Shown here in pieces: positions 50,301 to 64,000 of a stretch of 64,000 nucleotides of DNA. A program made the translations under genes and the position numbers. Positions within the stretch are counted from its first letter, which is position 1. Each line of letters begins with the position of its first letter. The DNA is from Phoronis australis (lineage: Eukaryota > Animalia > Phoronida), in contig NMRA01000300.1 of assembly GCA_002633005.1 (NCBI GenBank), positions 415,992 to 479,991 on the forward strand. The letters are read 5' to 3'. The notes beneath the pieces were generated by a model. It searched no databases. It was given only the letters and a program-made list of their open reading frames with translations, and was not told where the DNA came from.

Positions 50301-52542
50301 ATTCTGGCTGACAAAATTAGACTTGAAATTTTTCTTCCCTTGGTAGAACTTTATTTCTGTTGCATTGAAAAATGTTCAAAGCATGAACCAATCAAAAACG
50401 CTCTAGAACTATATGGCCGGGCTGGCTCGCACTTCGAATATGTTTTTGTTTAAAGTCAACAACAGATGTCTCTGAAGTCAACTGATACTGAAACTGGTGC
50501 TGTCCCATGACAAGAAAGTTTGGAGTCCAATTTGGTAGCACAACTTTCATTTATATTTTAGAAAGGAAGCACAGCTTGCTTTAAAAGGTGCACTCTATTC
50601 AAGCAGAATGGTGCAGGCTACAGCCATGCACTATTGGAAAATGCAGGAAAGTAAAAATATTCCTCCTGAGGAAATATACATATGACGTTAGTAAACATTT
50701 CAGTGGTTTGGCCAAAAGGATAAACAAAAATCACAATGGCTTTGCAATACATTCCAAAAATGGTAAATCAGATAATCAAATATATTTAAATTACATGTGA
50801 GAGCTGAAGTATTGTTTTCAAAACAGTAAATGTTGACTTGCTTCCAAAAGCCGATTATTGAAATAGACGTGCCATATTGAAATTCACTATCCCCCCGACG
50901 GTGATCAGGTTTTTGTTGAATTGGCGTTCAGCGCCACCTACAGATCCCGTGCGGACGGGAGGTTTCAACCTAATGGTATAAACAGCGTTTAGCACCTTAG
51001 TCCTGCATGAATGCCGCCAGTGTCCTATGCTGTCTGTACTAATGGTTTACGGTAAACGACAAACCTTATGAAATTGTTATGGGTGAAGGACATCGTATAT
51101 CATACATTTCACACTAGAAAGGAGAATCCGCGGCTGCAAAATCACTGCTACCGATAACGTTTTTAAAGGAATCGATTTGGTAACACCATCATACGACGGA
51201 TCTAATATATTTTTAAAATGAGAAATAATTTGCAGAAGAAAAGGTCAATGATCCCTGCACATTGAAGTCCTCGGGACCTTTCGGGAATTGTCTTCTTAAA
51301 TTAAGAAGATTACTATAGTGTGAGAGATTTGCAAAGAAAAACGCCATACCTGCATTGCTAAGACTCGCTCATTTGCGATTTATACTGCTCAGCATCGCTG
51401 CAAGTGCAAGAACCCACAGAACCACGCTTTAGAAGGAGGGAGGCAGGAAGGCAGGGGGGTCACATGTCTCTCTGGTTTAGTGTCAGTGGCGAATTTACTG
51501 GGGCAATAATTTATAATATAACTTTGCTCATTCAATTACGTAATAAAGATGAACACAGGAACACAGGTGGCGAGCAGGAGGCAGGACATTAAGACGTTGC
51601 GGGAAGGATGCCAGGATGCGGAATATATCAAGAATAAAACAGGACACTTCAGAAAACACTGTATTTAGAGACATTTGCTGGGTCGGACAGGCAACGAGAC
51701 AATGTGCATTTTTGCTCGGAAACTCTTAACAACGGTTATTGTCATGATTTTGGTGACGTTGAGACAGTTCTGCAACAGCCTAGTATTAAACTCTCCTTTC
51801 ACAATAGACCGAAAAGACAATGAAGAAAACAAGTTAGCCGCCATTCAGATGGCGTCAATGTACGCAAGTCTTATAAACTGGGCATTTTTTCTCACGTAAA
51901 GAAGCCAGGAAAGCGGAATAACAAACTAAATTGCCTTATTCAAAGTGGTTCTCTGTCACTGAAACAGAATTAAACTTGTTCACCAAGTATTTTACGGCTA
52001 GCTCGTAAATATTGTGAATTTTTGTTCGTGTCAAAGCATTTTTCGATAAGTTTCAAATTTAGAAAAAACATCTGTCAACTGCTCTTCACTTCGTCTGTTT
52101 TTCTCTTGCATGGCCAAGCAGGTTTCGTTATAAGGTGTGGCAAGACATAAAAAGCTGCACAATTCCCTCATAGGAAACATGTGACCTCAAGTTTGACCTC
52201 AGATGGAAACAAAACAATGGCGACATCATACAGCTACCAATCAGATTAATAGGCAATTGACGTAAGTTCTAATTGTTAGAATTAGATATAAAAGTATAGT
52301 AGCATTCAAATATATTCTAAAATGCACTTGGCATTAGTTTGGAAAAGTGTTTTTGTCCAAAAGATAACACTACCTCAGCGCATAGTGCAGTTATCAACTA
52401 GGCCTAATTAGTCTAGTCTTACCTTCCGTGGGAGGTGCGAGAACGATTTTGCGACTACGCTAGCAACGCATGGCGATATCTCGCCAAGTTTATCATCCCC
52501 GGGATCAGAACACAACCGTTTGTGCTGGTTTGAGTTTCAAAA

Positions 52543-52703
52543 ACCAGCCTCCCGTTCAGTAACGCTAGGACCTCGCTAAAAAGCAAGACTTCGCGAGATT
52601 TCGTGAGATATTGCCGTGTATTTTAATTGAGAACACGTGACCTTGACTAGATTTTAGCTAGGTCCTAGCGTAGGTCCTAGCGTCTACTGAACGCACGCCA
52701 GGT
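52543..52703. mobile_element. ~160-bp MITE, same family as 20132-20291
   Basis: High identity to the 20132 copy, with the same inverted ends. Confidence 0.8.
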
Positions 52704-53550
52704 GTATGCAGCCCCACCTCTGTTTTCCTCTACGAGTTAACAAAACAGCCACAATTGAATAAAAAGTGGGTCATGGCGTATACAGCTATAACGTTCTTTC
52801 AATAAGATTATATTCAAAAATGTTACTGAACAACTGTTGCAAATCACGCAAATGCCGACTCAGATCAATCTCCTAACTGGGAATCTAACCTGGACCAGCC
52901 ATGTACGCCTGCAGGGTGGTACTTGCTTAAAAAGTGAGTTAAAAGGGGTCTGAATTGAAGATAAATTGGTGATTTTCGACACATCACTGTAACTATGGGA
53001 GTTTCATACATTGATAGATTTTCAGTGACTTATGCTTCACACTGATTAAAACATGAAAGTCATGTTTAAGTACCTCTTGCTCATAGAGGGACGCCTTAGT
53101 ACCCATTGATGTCTTTAATTTATTCCAACTCAAACAAATACTCCGGTAATGTACCTTTTTCTTCAATCGGTCTTTTGCTCAGTTGCCCAAATCGTCAACT
53201 GGCCAGTTTTACACTGCGCGCCCACCTATTTTTACCGCGCCTGCCAGTGTGAGGCATAATTCGCCTTAAATCTTCTGGCGTATGTTACTATCAGTAGATG
53301 AAACATGTTATCCATGTCAGGGACCATTATATCCGAGCAGAGTTATATTTTGTAATTCTGTAACTATACAATTTCTACAAAAGGCTCATTAAACAAATTT
53401 TCCATCTGCAGTACTAAAATTGATCAGCTTGATTAAAATTTTACAACCGTAAGTCAACTCACTTGAATATAGATAATTCTAGGAGGCACATCAGTCATGC
53501 TAGTAAAAATTGAAAGCCTTTAATTGCTATTTACGTATGTTTAATTTCAG

Positions 53551-54230
53551 ATGGTGAACCGTAATACTCCACTGAAAAAGGCAAAGTCAAAGACATGCAT
53601 ATTACATGGCAAACTGTTATACTCTGACTCTCACGCACACAAAGTTAAAAAATGCTGCATTCAAACAGAGGTACTTGGATCTTTACATTCAATTCAACAA
53701 TGATTTGCTGGACACTAGGCCTGTGTTTATCTTGCATTCAGTTTTGTACAAAACTCACACAGCTGCAGAAATCAGGAATGAATGTCAGCATTCTCATTTC
53801 TGAGTCTGAACTCAGATAGGTCTGAAGATCGACAGAAACATGTACTGATTGATTCGCCATCTGTTTCTAAGAAGCCAACAGGAGCAAAGAGATTGTTAAA
53901 TTTTGAGTCCGAGTTAGTTGACCATGGGTATTCAGTATCTGGGGATTATCAACAATCCAACCTTTTCCTGTCAAACTTGTCTAAAGACTCAACTGAGCAA
54001 CTTAATCGGGAACTGTTGTTTAAAATCAGTACATCTTTGGATGATCTTTGCAAGACTTCAGAAAAAAGTGTGCTTAGATTTCCCATGAGGAACCTGGATG
54101 AGAAGCCGTTTATTTGGAAAATTGTGAATGAAGTGGAAAATCGTCCACATGGGCTACCACTTCTGTGTGTCATTCACTTCATATTGCTGTGACTAAGAAT
54201 GACTTCACTGTAGCCATAATGTATGGGATA
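53551..54230 (+). pseudogene. Degenerate coding remnant, possibly the N-terminus of a large DNA-transposon protein (DUF6589/Academ-like)
   Basis: Acceptor TTCAG at 53550 and overlapping broken ORFs. The motif SVLR...L...F.WKIVNEV...P.L followed by TVAIMYG resembles the region ahead of such transposase cores. From memory of the family only. Confidence 0.35.
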
Positions 54231-57068
54231 CATGTAGATGTTTGCCAAAAAGCCTCAACTTTGTGCCGTACAGAGGCTATTGTCTGCTGCGTGCATTCGT
54301 CATCATGCTGGCAATGGTGTATGTTTGAACATTTATCAGATGGATCACATTTATAGCTTATAATTGTTTTTAACATTTATTTATAACAAGGGTGACATAG
54401 TTGTTGACAGCAATTAGATCGGTGATATATTACATTAAAAATTCTCCAGATTGAGACAGCCTCCTAAATTCAGAACACAGAAATCATGGCTGAAATTTAA
54501 TTTTTTCATCCTGAAATTTGAGGCATGAATGATTTGTATATTTTCGTATTTTTCAAATTCCTATATTGTAGCATAACAGGTTGCAAGAATACTCCTGTAA
54601 GTTCATAAAAGTGACTCTCATGACAAACATTTAATAAATTGTTACCATTCCCCCTGAATCTCTGACAGACAATTTCTAAAAATTGGGACAAGCTCCGACA
54701 TTGATCAAAATAATTATTCACTGTCCCAAACAAGACAATTTTTGCGTAATTTATTTTTGCAATTCAGTGTGTAGTTAACTGTAAAACTGATGGATGACTG
54801 TTCTTGTTTTTAAGAGGATCTGCTTTAAGAAAAAAGGTTGTAAAAGTGATGGCAATTTATTGTTGTTTTCAATCTTTAGTGATGATGTGGTAGTTTACAC
54901 CAGCTTTAAATATGTCAGTGACGAACGGTAAAAATCATAAGTGACAACAGATATCAATAGTTCATTTCAGTTAATGACTCTGAAGCAAATAATGGTGGCA
55001 GTACCCATGCGGTTTAAAGAGTCATGACATAATGCTTTGAAGTTTCGATTTAAAAATCTTGAGGGACTTTCTGATATTTATGCTATGAGTGTTTTTTCAC
55101 AAGAAATGATGTGCGTGTGTGTTTTTTTTTTTTTTTTNNNNNNNNNTGTGTGTGTGTGTGTGTTGTTAAAATCAGTTGCATAGTGAGTATAGCCACTGAA
55201 TGATCTCAGTGCTTAATATGCTTAAGCGTGTTTTGATCAAAGAATAATATTTTTATTGGTTAGACGGATACATATCAAGGGAACTTGTGCCATGTGATAA
55301 AATGTTATTGTTCACATATGTTTTGGAAAAAATAAATGGTCGAACGAGATAATGAAACGTTACAATTGTGTCTTAAGCATCTAACGCCAATGTTTAATAC
55401 AGGATTACTTTTACATAAACATTTAAAACTGTTATAGATTTTGGATTTTCTGTATATAGTTAAGGTTAAGAATGCATGCCTACATGATGTTTTCTGCACA
55501 TTTGTTGCTTTGATAACAATATCACTGATGATGTTACTCTATCAAAAATCAAAAATTACAGGGCTATTTTGACAGTAAAATCACCCATGAAAATCTTATT
55601 TTAATGATGTAGATTTCCGAATCTGTCCCAATTTTTGTACTTCAGGGTGACCTAAAAGGGCTGCTGGGTTCCTTGTTAAATCCAGGTTGTTGTGTCTCTT
55701 GATAGGCATTTTTTATTTAGTTCACCTGCATCGAATAAATTTATGTTTTTGGTTATTTTTGGCAGCTTTCCCAGATTTCCGTAAAGCTTCCAGGCTCAGA
55801 TTTGAAAATTCTGGGTATTAGAAAAGGCATAAAAATTGGTACTGTGAAACCTGTTGTGATATGAATAGATGTTATTGAAAGTGTTTTTGTCTGCATTAAA
55901 GTCACCATTCGAACATACATGTAATGTGTCCTTCGTTGATTACCACAATTGCAACGTTGGAAGCTAATTCCTTGTTTTGCAAGCGTTTCACACCATCACA
56001 TGTTGATGTCAGAGCATCAGGGTTAGCATAAACTACTTGATAATTTCCTTTAATTACATCACTAATTGGAACAAGTAGGCGGATTTAGGGGGGAAGGGGC
56101 TGCCGCAAACAAAATGAAACAGCAACAGCGCGACGTGTGAGGACCGGTACTGGAGAAGGGGGGGGGGGGACTCAGAACCCAGATCGTGGCGAGCTCTCGT
56201 TCCCGTTTTTTTATTTCTTTATGTTTTTAGTCGATAGATTTCCCGAACAGAAGGTTCATACTCCGGGCCCCCGCAACTTTCGGGACGCCTGTACACATAC
56301 AACCGCGCTCTGCCCAATTCCCCGAGGCAACATGTTGGAGCCCCCCTTCTGGTCCCTGATCCGATCCGCTACTGGAACAGTACTACAAAACGTCATCACT
56401 AGTTTCTTCATCATCAGTATCATCATCACTAATGTCTCGTAAAAAAATTGTTGCTGTTCTGGTAAGTTGTAATTAGTGCACGGCAAAGATCTACTAAAGT
56501 TTGGTGAACTACAGGGCTAATAAGCAAACAAATTGCAGTTCAGTGTGGGAATGTCAATAGCGCAATTAGTTGACCTGTCAACTGTGCTTCTGCTAGTTTT
56601 ACTTTAATCGCACAGTGAACATTTATGTTCACTAAGTGAATACTAAATCTTTTCAATGATGTTTTTCGTTTTAAAATTGCTTCAACTAATACTGCAGGTA
56701 CTCCAGATGTCGTCCGCATTTGTCGCGATTCTACTCGGGGATTCCATTGACAGGGAATTCCCCGAGTGTGCATGACAAGGGAGCTATAAGTCTTTATTTT
56801 GATACATAAACGAGTTGACAAATACGGACTTCCTCATTTACAAGCATTATAATTACCATTTTTAAGAACTTAATCCTGCTATAAATCTAATTCAAATTAC
56901 AACAATGACGAAACTTTTATCTGCAGTTTATTTGGCGCGGATACGAACCGATATGACCTCGCGAGATCCAGCCTCATCACCTGTTTTTCGCGGTATTTTG
57001 TAAATGTGATGTGCCATATGTGAAAGACTAGTCGCCAACCGACTAGAGCGACGTCTTTCGTGTAAATG

Positions 57069-57194
57069 ACTCCGGCATTCTTAACGAGCGTAAGGTGGGC
57101 AATTCCTCATTCATCAACAAAGACCTGGCGGACCAGGTCGAAACGTCTGCCAACAACCAACCACGTCTCTAAGTAAGTGAACATTTTATTTACA
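57069..57194 (+). mobile_element. Solo Penelope-like 3' end (pLTR) with hammerhead-like motif
   Basis: Matches 3314-3430 and contains TCAACAA-A-GACCTGG-CGGA-CCAGGTC-GAAAC-GTC (57114-57147). Confidence 0.78.
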
Positions 57195-58677
57195 ATGCCT
57201 CTAGAGACCAATGACGAACCTATTCTCCAGGTTACATCCATGTACTGAAATGAGAGTAGCAAAAATACAGAGAATATTAAGTAGGTCATCACCATAACCG
57301 TAGGGTCACTGAGTCCCATAACTGAGCTCTGCATGTTATTCAGCAGCATGTTGGTCCTGAATGGCCAATGACTCTTTAATGTACAGTAATTCCTTTTTAG
57401 GTTCCTTACCGATAATACTGCCAGAATTGGCTTGGTGATTGTTAATAACACAATGCCTATACATGTAGATGCTGCTTTATTTGTTTAAAGTGTGGTGTTT
57501 TTTCAGCCTGTCACAGAGGCTTCTCTGTGTGGGTCCAATATAGAATTCCTTAGAGTTGTCACGTTCAACCTTATTAACAACATTGATTGCTTTTGTTCAA
57601 TAAAGGGATGGGTGATTTCAGTTTACGCAGCTTATTGGAAAGTTTACGAAAAGCTTTGAAAACAACGGCTGGGTCTATGCAGTGTATAAGGAGAGATACA
57701 TGTAACTGAGGTCTCAAATTTAAACTACGAATCCCGCAGTTGCACACACTGCCTAAATCTGACAGAAAGTCTTACCTAAAGCTTTAAAATAAAATTTCGT
57801 TACGAAAGGCGGAAAATTACGCGAACATGACTTTTATTAGATTGTTTTTCACTTGAACGGCTGAAATGGGCAACTTGAGTGTCGGTTGCTCATCAGATTC
57901 TGCATGCACCCCCGCCGGTCGTTATAGCTCTACATGTTGATACAAGTTTCACGACAGGGAGACGAGCTGAGCTACCTGGGTTGTGTGAAATTTCGGTGTC
58001 TAATGGAGTTCAACACACATCTACCGAGCTGTAATGAGTTGACGATAGTCTTCATACAGCTAGCTGACTTGCTACCTTAGTATGTACATTTATGGAGGCC
58101 CGTAGGAAGGCAAAAATATTGGAGTTGGGGGCACAAACCAATTCAACTATCCCTCTTTAATATCGCTACCACCTCTGCCCCCAAACCACCCCTACCCTCG
58201 TTCTCCGTATGTCGCCATATTTCAGCTGAATCCCCACGTCTGCCATTGGTGGGCGAAGGGGTTCAATCCATCAGAATTTGAGTAAACCGTGAACCAATAA
58301 GGTTTCACAGAGAGTTAAAGAATGGGCCTAGGGCCAGCGCACTGACGGGAAGCTGCTTCAGTAACTGTAGCTGAGATATTTAATAGTGTGAAAATACGAA
58401 ATTCGACAAACTTAAGCTAGTCGCTGGTCAGCTCAGCTATGATTCACTTCAGACGAGTAGGGTAGCTCGTAACTCCTACGTATTCGTCTGTGTTGGCTCC
58501 AAGCTCAAGATTTATTGTATTATGATCCAGTTTCGGGAAATTTTCATTTTATTATAGTCATTCTCAATCATTTTTTGAAAAGGTGAGGTCCCTGGTATAG
58601 TGCCTTTGAGGCTGTTTCAAAATCCCTTGTTGAAACACGGCCGGTAGTCCAGTTTCTGGTGTCTCAGGAAAATAATA

Positions 58678-58905
58678 CAGGGTGTGAACCAAAAATGTAC
58701 ACACTTTAACGCCTGGAATTCAAATTCATTTCCCGGGATCACTTAGATTCTGCGTGGTCCTACTGCATGGTTGCACCTTGTTTATAACGTGGGTGCGTCA
58801 GGAAATGGAAGCAAACGATTCAGTTTTGAAGATCAAAAATTCATTGCGCAATACTATGCCTACTGGAAAGTAAAAACATCAAGGAAGTGTAAAGACAACT
58901 TTTCC
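58678..58905 (+). mobile_element. 5' fragment of a Tc1/mariner-like element
   Basis: TA|CAGGGTGTG terminus, then degenerate KRFSFEDQKFI...YWK..NIKEV*RQ resembling the N-terminal HTH (DUF4817-type) of mariner-like transposases. Confidence 0.55.
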
Positions 58906-59312
58906 AAGTTAATGAGCAATGACTTTAAATTTATTTATTTCAAGACTTAAAACTTCTTTTACGATTTGGGAATTTAATCCACTAATATAGTTCCAAAGTC
59001 AATTAACAATTCACTGTCATTTGAATTGTGAGAACATTTTAGGACACTTTGTAGAGCTGTGTGACATTCACCAATACACTTGAGACTCGTTTCTGATAGA
59101 CAAAAATCGTTTAGTTTACTTTGCTATTTGCGGAAATGTGAGCCTACATCTAAGTTCAGTGAAAAATCGTAATTTCTTATAAGATTGGCTTCTAATTGTC
59201 AAAAAATCATCTATCAATCATTCGATTTTAGTAGATACATAAGCGTGTAAATCAGAAACCTACAATCGAATCCATTAGCAATATTATGTGTTTACCTTAA
59301 TTTAATGACTTC

Positions 59313-59604
59313 ATTGCCTGCGCGCTAATCACCAGTGTGCAGTGCTGTACCCTCTCTAATCGACCATAGTTGGCTCCTTGGCGGTGGAGCTTTGCAGTTA
59401 ATATGTATGGCAATGACCGCATCTCCATTGACAGTACTAAACGATGAACGCTGCAAGTGCAAAAAGAACATGTGTGCTGGGAAACTGAGTTTGTGCTGCA
59501 ATGCTGGGTCAAGCTGTACAGTAATGTGCAGCTGTGACAACTGTAGTAACATCAGCAACACTCACTGCATAACATTGGATAGTTCTTTGACAAGCCAACC
59601 CTAA
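59313..59604 (+). pseudogene. C-terminal remnant of an Academ-type transposase with CXC/Cys-rich finger
   Basis: HCLRANHQCAV, then after a frameshift PSLIDHSWLLGGGALQLICM...CKCKKNMC...CCNAGSSCTVMCSCDNCSN. This fits the H..RANYQ / P.D.GW / CXC tail of these transposases. Confidence 0.65.
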
Positions 59605-60289
59605 ATAGACCTCCAACCCTGTTATTTCCTTTTTTGTATTAAAAAGTTAATTTTATTTGTTGATTAAGTCATAGAAAGTACATACTTTGATCATTGTCAT
59701 GTATTTGTCTCATACTGCTTGATAAACGCTGTCAGAATAATCTATTTTAATACAGTCTTTGTGCACATTCACAGAGATCATTCAACTATATTGTTTTTGT
59801 ACTATAACATATTTCTGGTGTATTATGCAAACAAGCTGTATTTTACACCATTAGTCAATGTTTTAGTCATTGAGGCACAAATTTTGCCCAGTCTCAAGTG
59901 TTTTGTGTTATTTTTGTTGCCTGACAATGCCAGAATAACTTCCTAGAAACATTCAGACTTAGTTTGTATTTTTGCCACTAGGTATCTCTTTACGTATTTT
60001 AAATTTCACTGTTTACAATTAATTTACAATAGTAAAACATGTAATGTGAGTGTAATATTGTTCAATACAATGGCACTGATGGGACCATATTACTTGTTTT
60101 ACAAAAAAGTCACCAAAAGTGTTGTTTTTACAAATATAAGTTTACTAAGCTCTTTGGTGATTATTAGGTAACTTCAAACTCAAATTTCTCAAAAATGTGC
60201 AACTTTATATGTGGGAACTTTTTAGATTTTGAAAACACTCTAATAAATGAACTAAAAAACACTCACAAAAACCATTTTCTAGAGGCGCT

Positions 60290-61212
60290 ACCTCACGCCT
60301 GGCCAGACCGGAGCGCAACCGGAACGCAGGCGTGACAGAAATCAGTCACGGTCGCCTACTCTCTGGGTAGTCCCCATGCTTACCTCCGGCTTAGTTAACG
60401 CCTTCCTCACGCCTCATTAACGCTTACCTCACGCTTTCTTCACGCCTTTGGTAGCTGTCGTAACCATAGTTGGGCACCTGGCTAACCAGTAAAAATTGTC
60501 TGTCTGTCTTTTCGGTCCAGTTGCAAAGACATTATAGTATGTTATAGAGTATCTTTCCGACTAACTCTGTAATTCACGTGTTGTTCATACAAACATCTTT
60601 CTTCAGCTCGTCTTGTGGTACACTTACATGTACATGTACGACTTAAAAGCCAGTCCCATCAACGACATACATGTACAGTAACCACGGTTAGTAAATACGA
60701 ATGAACGCGACGCTGTGTCCAGAGTCATCTTTACATGACTGTGGACTCCTTGAAACTTGTCACAGGTGGATATAGATATTCGCCATAAAAATAGCCTACG
60801 CATCTTGTGAAGTATTGTGTCACTCTGTAAATTTTTGCACCGTACTGGCGTACAGAAAATTTAAAAAGGCCGCCCTTCTGACATACCCATCCCTTACTGC
60901 AAGCAAATGTTTTGACTTAAAAGTCCTCAATCCGTAGTGCAGTTCAGTTATCTGTAGCCCCCTCCCCACAGTACATGCGTTTCGACTGAGTACACGGTAC
61001 TCCCGGGGTAATTCTTCACTAAAATAATAATAGCGGTCATCTGTTTGACTCGTCAAATGCATGGGCGCGATCAGTTTTCTCCGCATGATGCCGGAACTTG
61101 GGATCAATGTGCTCAGAATTGACATGCTATGCTCCTTCATATCGTGAAGGCAATTGAATAATTCCGCCATGTACACGCGTGTTAAGATTCTTTATTAGTT
61201 GATATAAAAAAC

Positions 61213-61270
<58 letters not shown>

Positions 61271-61655
61271 TATATCAGTGAAAAGTAAAGTCCACAGGTC
61301 TGTTTCCTGAAGTGACTTAAGATTTGAGACGGAAATTTTGGTCTTTTACTGCACGTGACGATTTCAAAAAAAAATTAAACCTCACATGAGCAAAGTCTAT
61401 GAGAATACACACATCACTGCTAATTACTGATATAATTTTAATAAGATACTTTTTCATCTGCGATGCAGGTAAACTCACGCCTAGCTGGCTCACCGCTGGA
61501 CCGCGCTTCGTTCACGTCTAACTCACGGTAAGCTCCGGATACAGTCATGCTTAGGTTCACGCCAGCTGTCACGGTTGACTCACGCCTCACTCTCCGGCCT
61601 GTCTCTGGTTACGGTCACGGGCGGCTAGACCGGAGAGACACCGGAGAGAGTCTAA
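60290..61655. mobile_element. Probable non-autonomous DNA element with CTCACGCC-rich subterminal repeats
   Basis: Clusters of (C)TCACG(C/G) motifs at 60290-60450 and 61470-61650 flank an AT-rich interior with (TA)n at 61217-61266. Termini not defined. Confidence 0.4.
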
Positions 61656-61872
61656 TAATTCAGTGGCTGTACTGTATGTTGAGGTCTTTGGTTTCATATT
61701 TAGAAAGTTTAATTTTAGGGTAAGCTTTTTATGAAAAAACTAAACTTCTCTATATTAAGGAACATTACTATAAAAGTTGAAAAAAATCAATTTTGTTCAC
61801 AATGCTAGAAGGACTAGCGGTTCAAAAGATTTGCCAATTCATTGATTTTGAAACCTATAACATTATTTTTAC

Positions 61873-62358
61873 CTGTTTGTTGCCTCCTACCTTCTGTCAC
61901 CGCCTCTGTCGCCAGCATACTTCAGTTCAGCACTCCAGCCTTCATTTCAATTGATCTTCAGTTTCTGCCACCTTTAACTTGCATCTTTAAATTTCAAACA
62001 AAAATATCCTGTTATATGTAATTATTAAAATGTGATACCGTTAAAAAGTACACCTGACGAAGCTATGCATTACAGACTTAATTGTTCAACTTTCTCAGAC
62101 CTATAATCACAGAGGTTTCACATTTTACAACAATGAGGAAACTATTGATGAGCAGGAAATTTACTTACCAGTAGCATATTTAATTTCTGAATTGTGCAAG
62201 ACCCAGACCACCTCAGGCTATCTCTTCTGCTCTGCCACCTTTAAAAGTTACTTCGCTTTCAGAGAGTTTAGGGTGGCAGGTTGCAATCATCTCCCTTCCC
62301 AACACATGATTACTACTTCTACACTGCCCTCATCAGTGAAATACACAACAGCAAACAT
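61873..62358 (-). pseudogene. Decayed spliced gene resembling the DUF4806-type accessory protein of animal EnSpm/CACTA-like transposons
   Basis: Exon 62359-62169 between TTTCAG| and |GTAAGT reads MFAVVYFTDEGSVEVVIMCW..*..P..VW..H...IKYAT with stops. A further exon-like segment at ~61986-61873 reads CKLKVAE. Confidence 0.5.
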
Positions 62359-64000
62359 TCTGAAAGACAATGAGTACCAATCAATAACATGATAAAATAG
62401 TCAAGAGCACCTCTTTTCATTGTTCTTCCACGAGCAAGTCTAATTGCTACGGCTGTCCTTTGCCTGGGAATGAAAAATTGATAAATCCTGTATCACCCTC
62501 GTAAGTGTTACAAGCTTATAAATGCCATCGAAAAAGATAAATAAACTATATTTTTTTAGGATTGTGGTTTTAATGTGTTATGAAAATCAAATTTGCCTTT
62601 AAATTTAATTTTAATGAAGTTGTTTATTAAAACTAGTCTCTGATTCTGGATATGTTGTGTCCATACGTTGTATTATTTCTTGTCAAAATAGAGATAATGA
62701 TATGACAAAAAGTCAGCAACAATAATAGACTCCACAAACTGTTTTGACTTGTCACTGCATAGAGTTTAATTTTTTTCATAATGAGTGGCTTACTTGTGAA
62801 AAGTTTGAAGACCTATGCAATGAGTTTGAAGTGCAGTGTAGCGAGAGATAAGTAATTTCTTAACCAAATTCCAACATTTTGAATTTTTGGATCCAGGTCA
62901 ATACACATTCCAAGGCTTACAATAACTTCCCACAGCATTCGAACATATGCATGAATTATATAACTCCAGTCGAGTTTCAACTTTCAGCTGTTTAGAACAC
63001 TGACTGGACTTGTCATGTGAGGATCTGTGAGTTACCAACTTCATTGCAACTATCTTCTTTTCCGTGTTCGCATGCTTTGAAGTTTAAATTTACTCAATCA
63101 AGTAAATCCACAGAGTTCTGGATATTTTTTGCAACTTCTGTCTCAAAAGACTGACTCGGGTTTCTATGATAAAAATCTCACTGTTTGGATCATATTCTGC
63201 GTATAGACTGAGCAGTCAGTAAAATATTTTGCATAGGAGGTTCTCTTCGAATACGTTGTGTAATAGCTAATTGCCATAGCATGACAAAAAATACACTATC
63301 AACGGCGACCAAGTTTGATGTGTCATTCAAACCAAAGACCTGATCTCTATACAGTGTCAATGACTTACAAAAATTGTTACACTGTCAATAGAACAGGGGA
63401 CTCTCACGAAGACACAAAGTATTCCCAGAAATCATTTAACGCCGCGAACACCTGCTAAGTGCACTCGGATTTTTTCGAAGAAATTGCCACGTGATTGTTT
63501 CGGCGGCATAATGGGGCTATTCGGAGAATTCTCCTCGCGGTGTCGCTGCTGTACTAGTGGTGATTAAATTGCGCATGCGTGGCTGTCTGCATGTAAACAA
63601 CTGGTAGAAGGTGGAATTTTTATCAAAATACGTCGTCGCGCTAAGCCGTATTACTGCTAATTTCCCTGGTGCAAGTCTTCGACAGGTGGCCGGAAATTCC
63701 CAAAAGACCTAAGGTTACTATATTCGTGGGCAATTGCGGTCAACAGGGTCAACTAACTGACAAAAAGTGTGTGGATGCTGAAGCCCCGTGTGTGCTCTAT
63801 GTCTATGACTATGCAGTTCCATTCGGAGACTACACAACATTACTTGGTAAGTTTTTAGCAATCAGTTTCTATCAACATCGTTCGGTGATGTTATCCCCAC
63901 CAGTTACCCCACTGAATAACAGTTTTATTGAGTGGAACTAAGTGTTTCTTTTTGGAAGCTCACCCGATGCCGGGTAGGCTAGCAGCACATATTCATATTG

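Noticed and set aside
59440-59570. Metallothionein or tesmin/LIN54 gene suggested by the Cys-rich ORF
   Set aside because: Upstream frameshifted RANHQ and P.DH.W motifs fit a transposase tail; no proper start or exon structure.
60820-61176. 118-aa ORF as a possible Harbinger transposase N-terminus
   Set aside because: No diagnostic motif could be matched with confidence.

Overview
Eukaryotic, intron-rich, AT-rich genomic DNA that looks like an invertebrate metazoan; the taxon cannot be fixed from sequence alone. The ORF track is mostly noise because the genes are spliced. Four host genes can be rebuilt by hand from GT-AG junctions with consistent phases: (1) a CD225/dispanin membrane protein (+, 1945-2511); (2) a 6-exon secreted protein with an AmFPI-1/IGFBP-like Cys-rich domain plus two thyroglobulin type-1 domains (+, 11351-17010, 237 aa); (3) an acatalytic carbonic anhydrase-related protein, CA10/CARP-like (+, at least 8 exons, 26144-42286, last exon unresolved); (4) a 4-exon GM2-activator/ML-domain lipid-binding protein (-, 48989-45031, 201 aa). 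The rest is mostly transposon remains: a Penelope-like GIY-YIG fragment with inverted ends and hammerhead-ribozyme remnants, an internally deleted Kolobok-like element (THAP plus a convergent second ORF), a palindromic CAC...GTG MITE with a 5-bp TSD, LINE 3' ends, Academ-like, mariner-like and DUF4806-like remnants, a tRNA-derived SINE head and minisatellites. No prokaryotic systems, rRNA or intact tRNA genes were seen. All family assignments come from motif recognition, not database searches.
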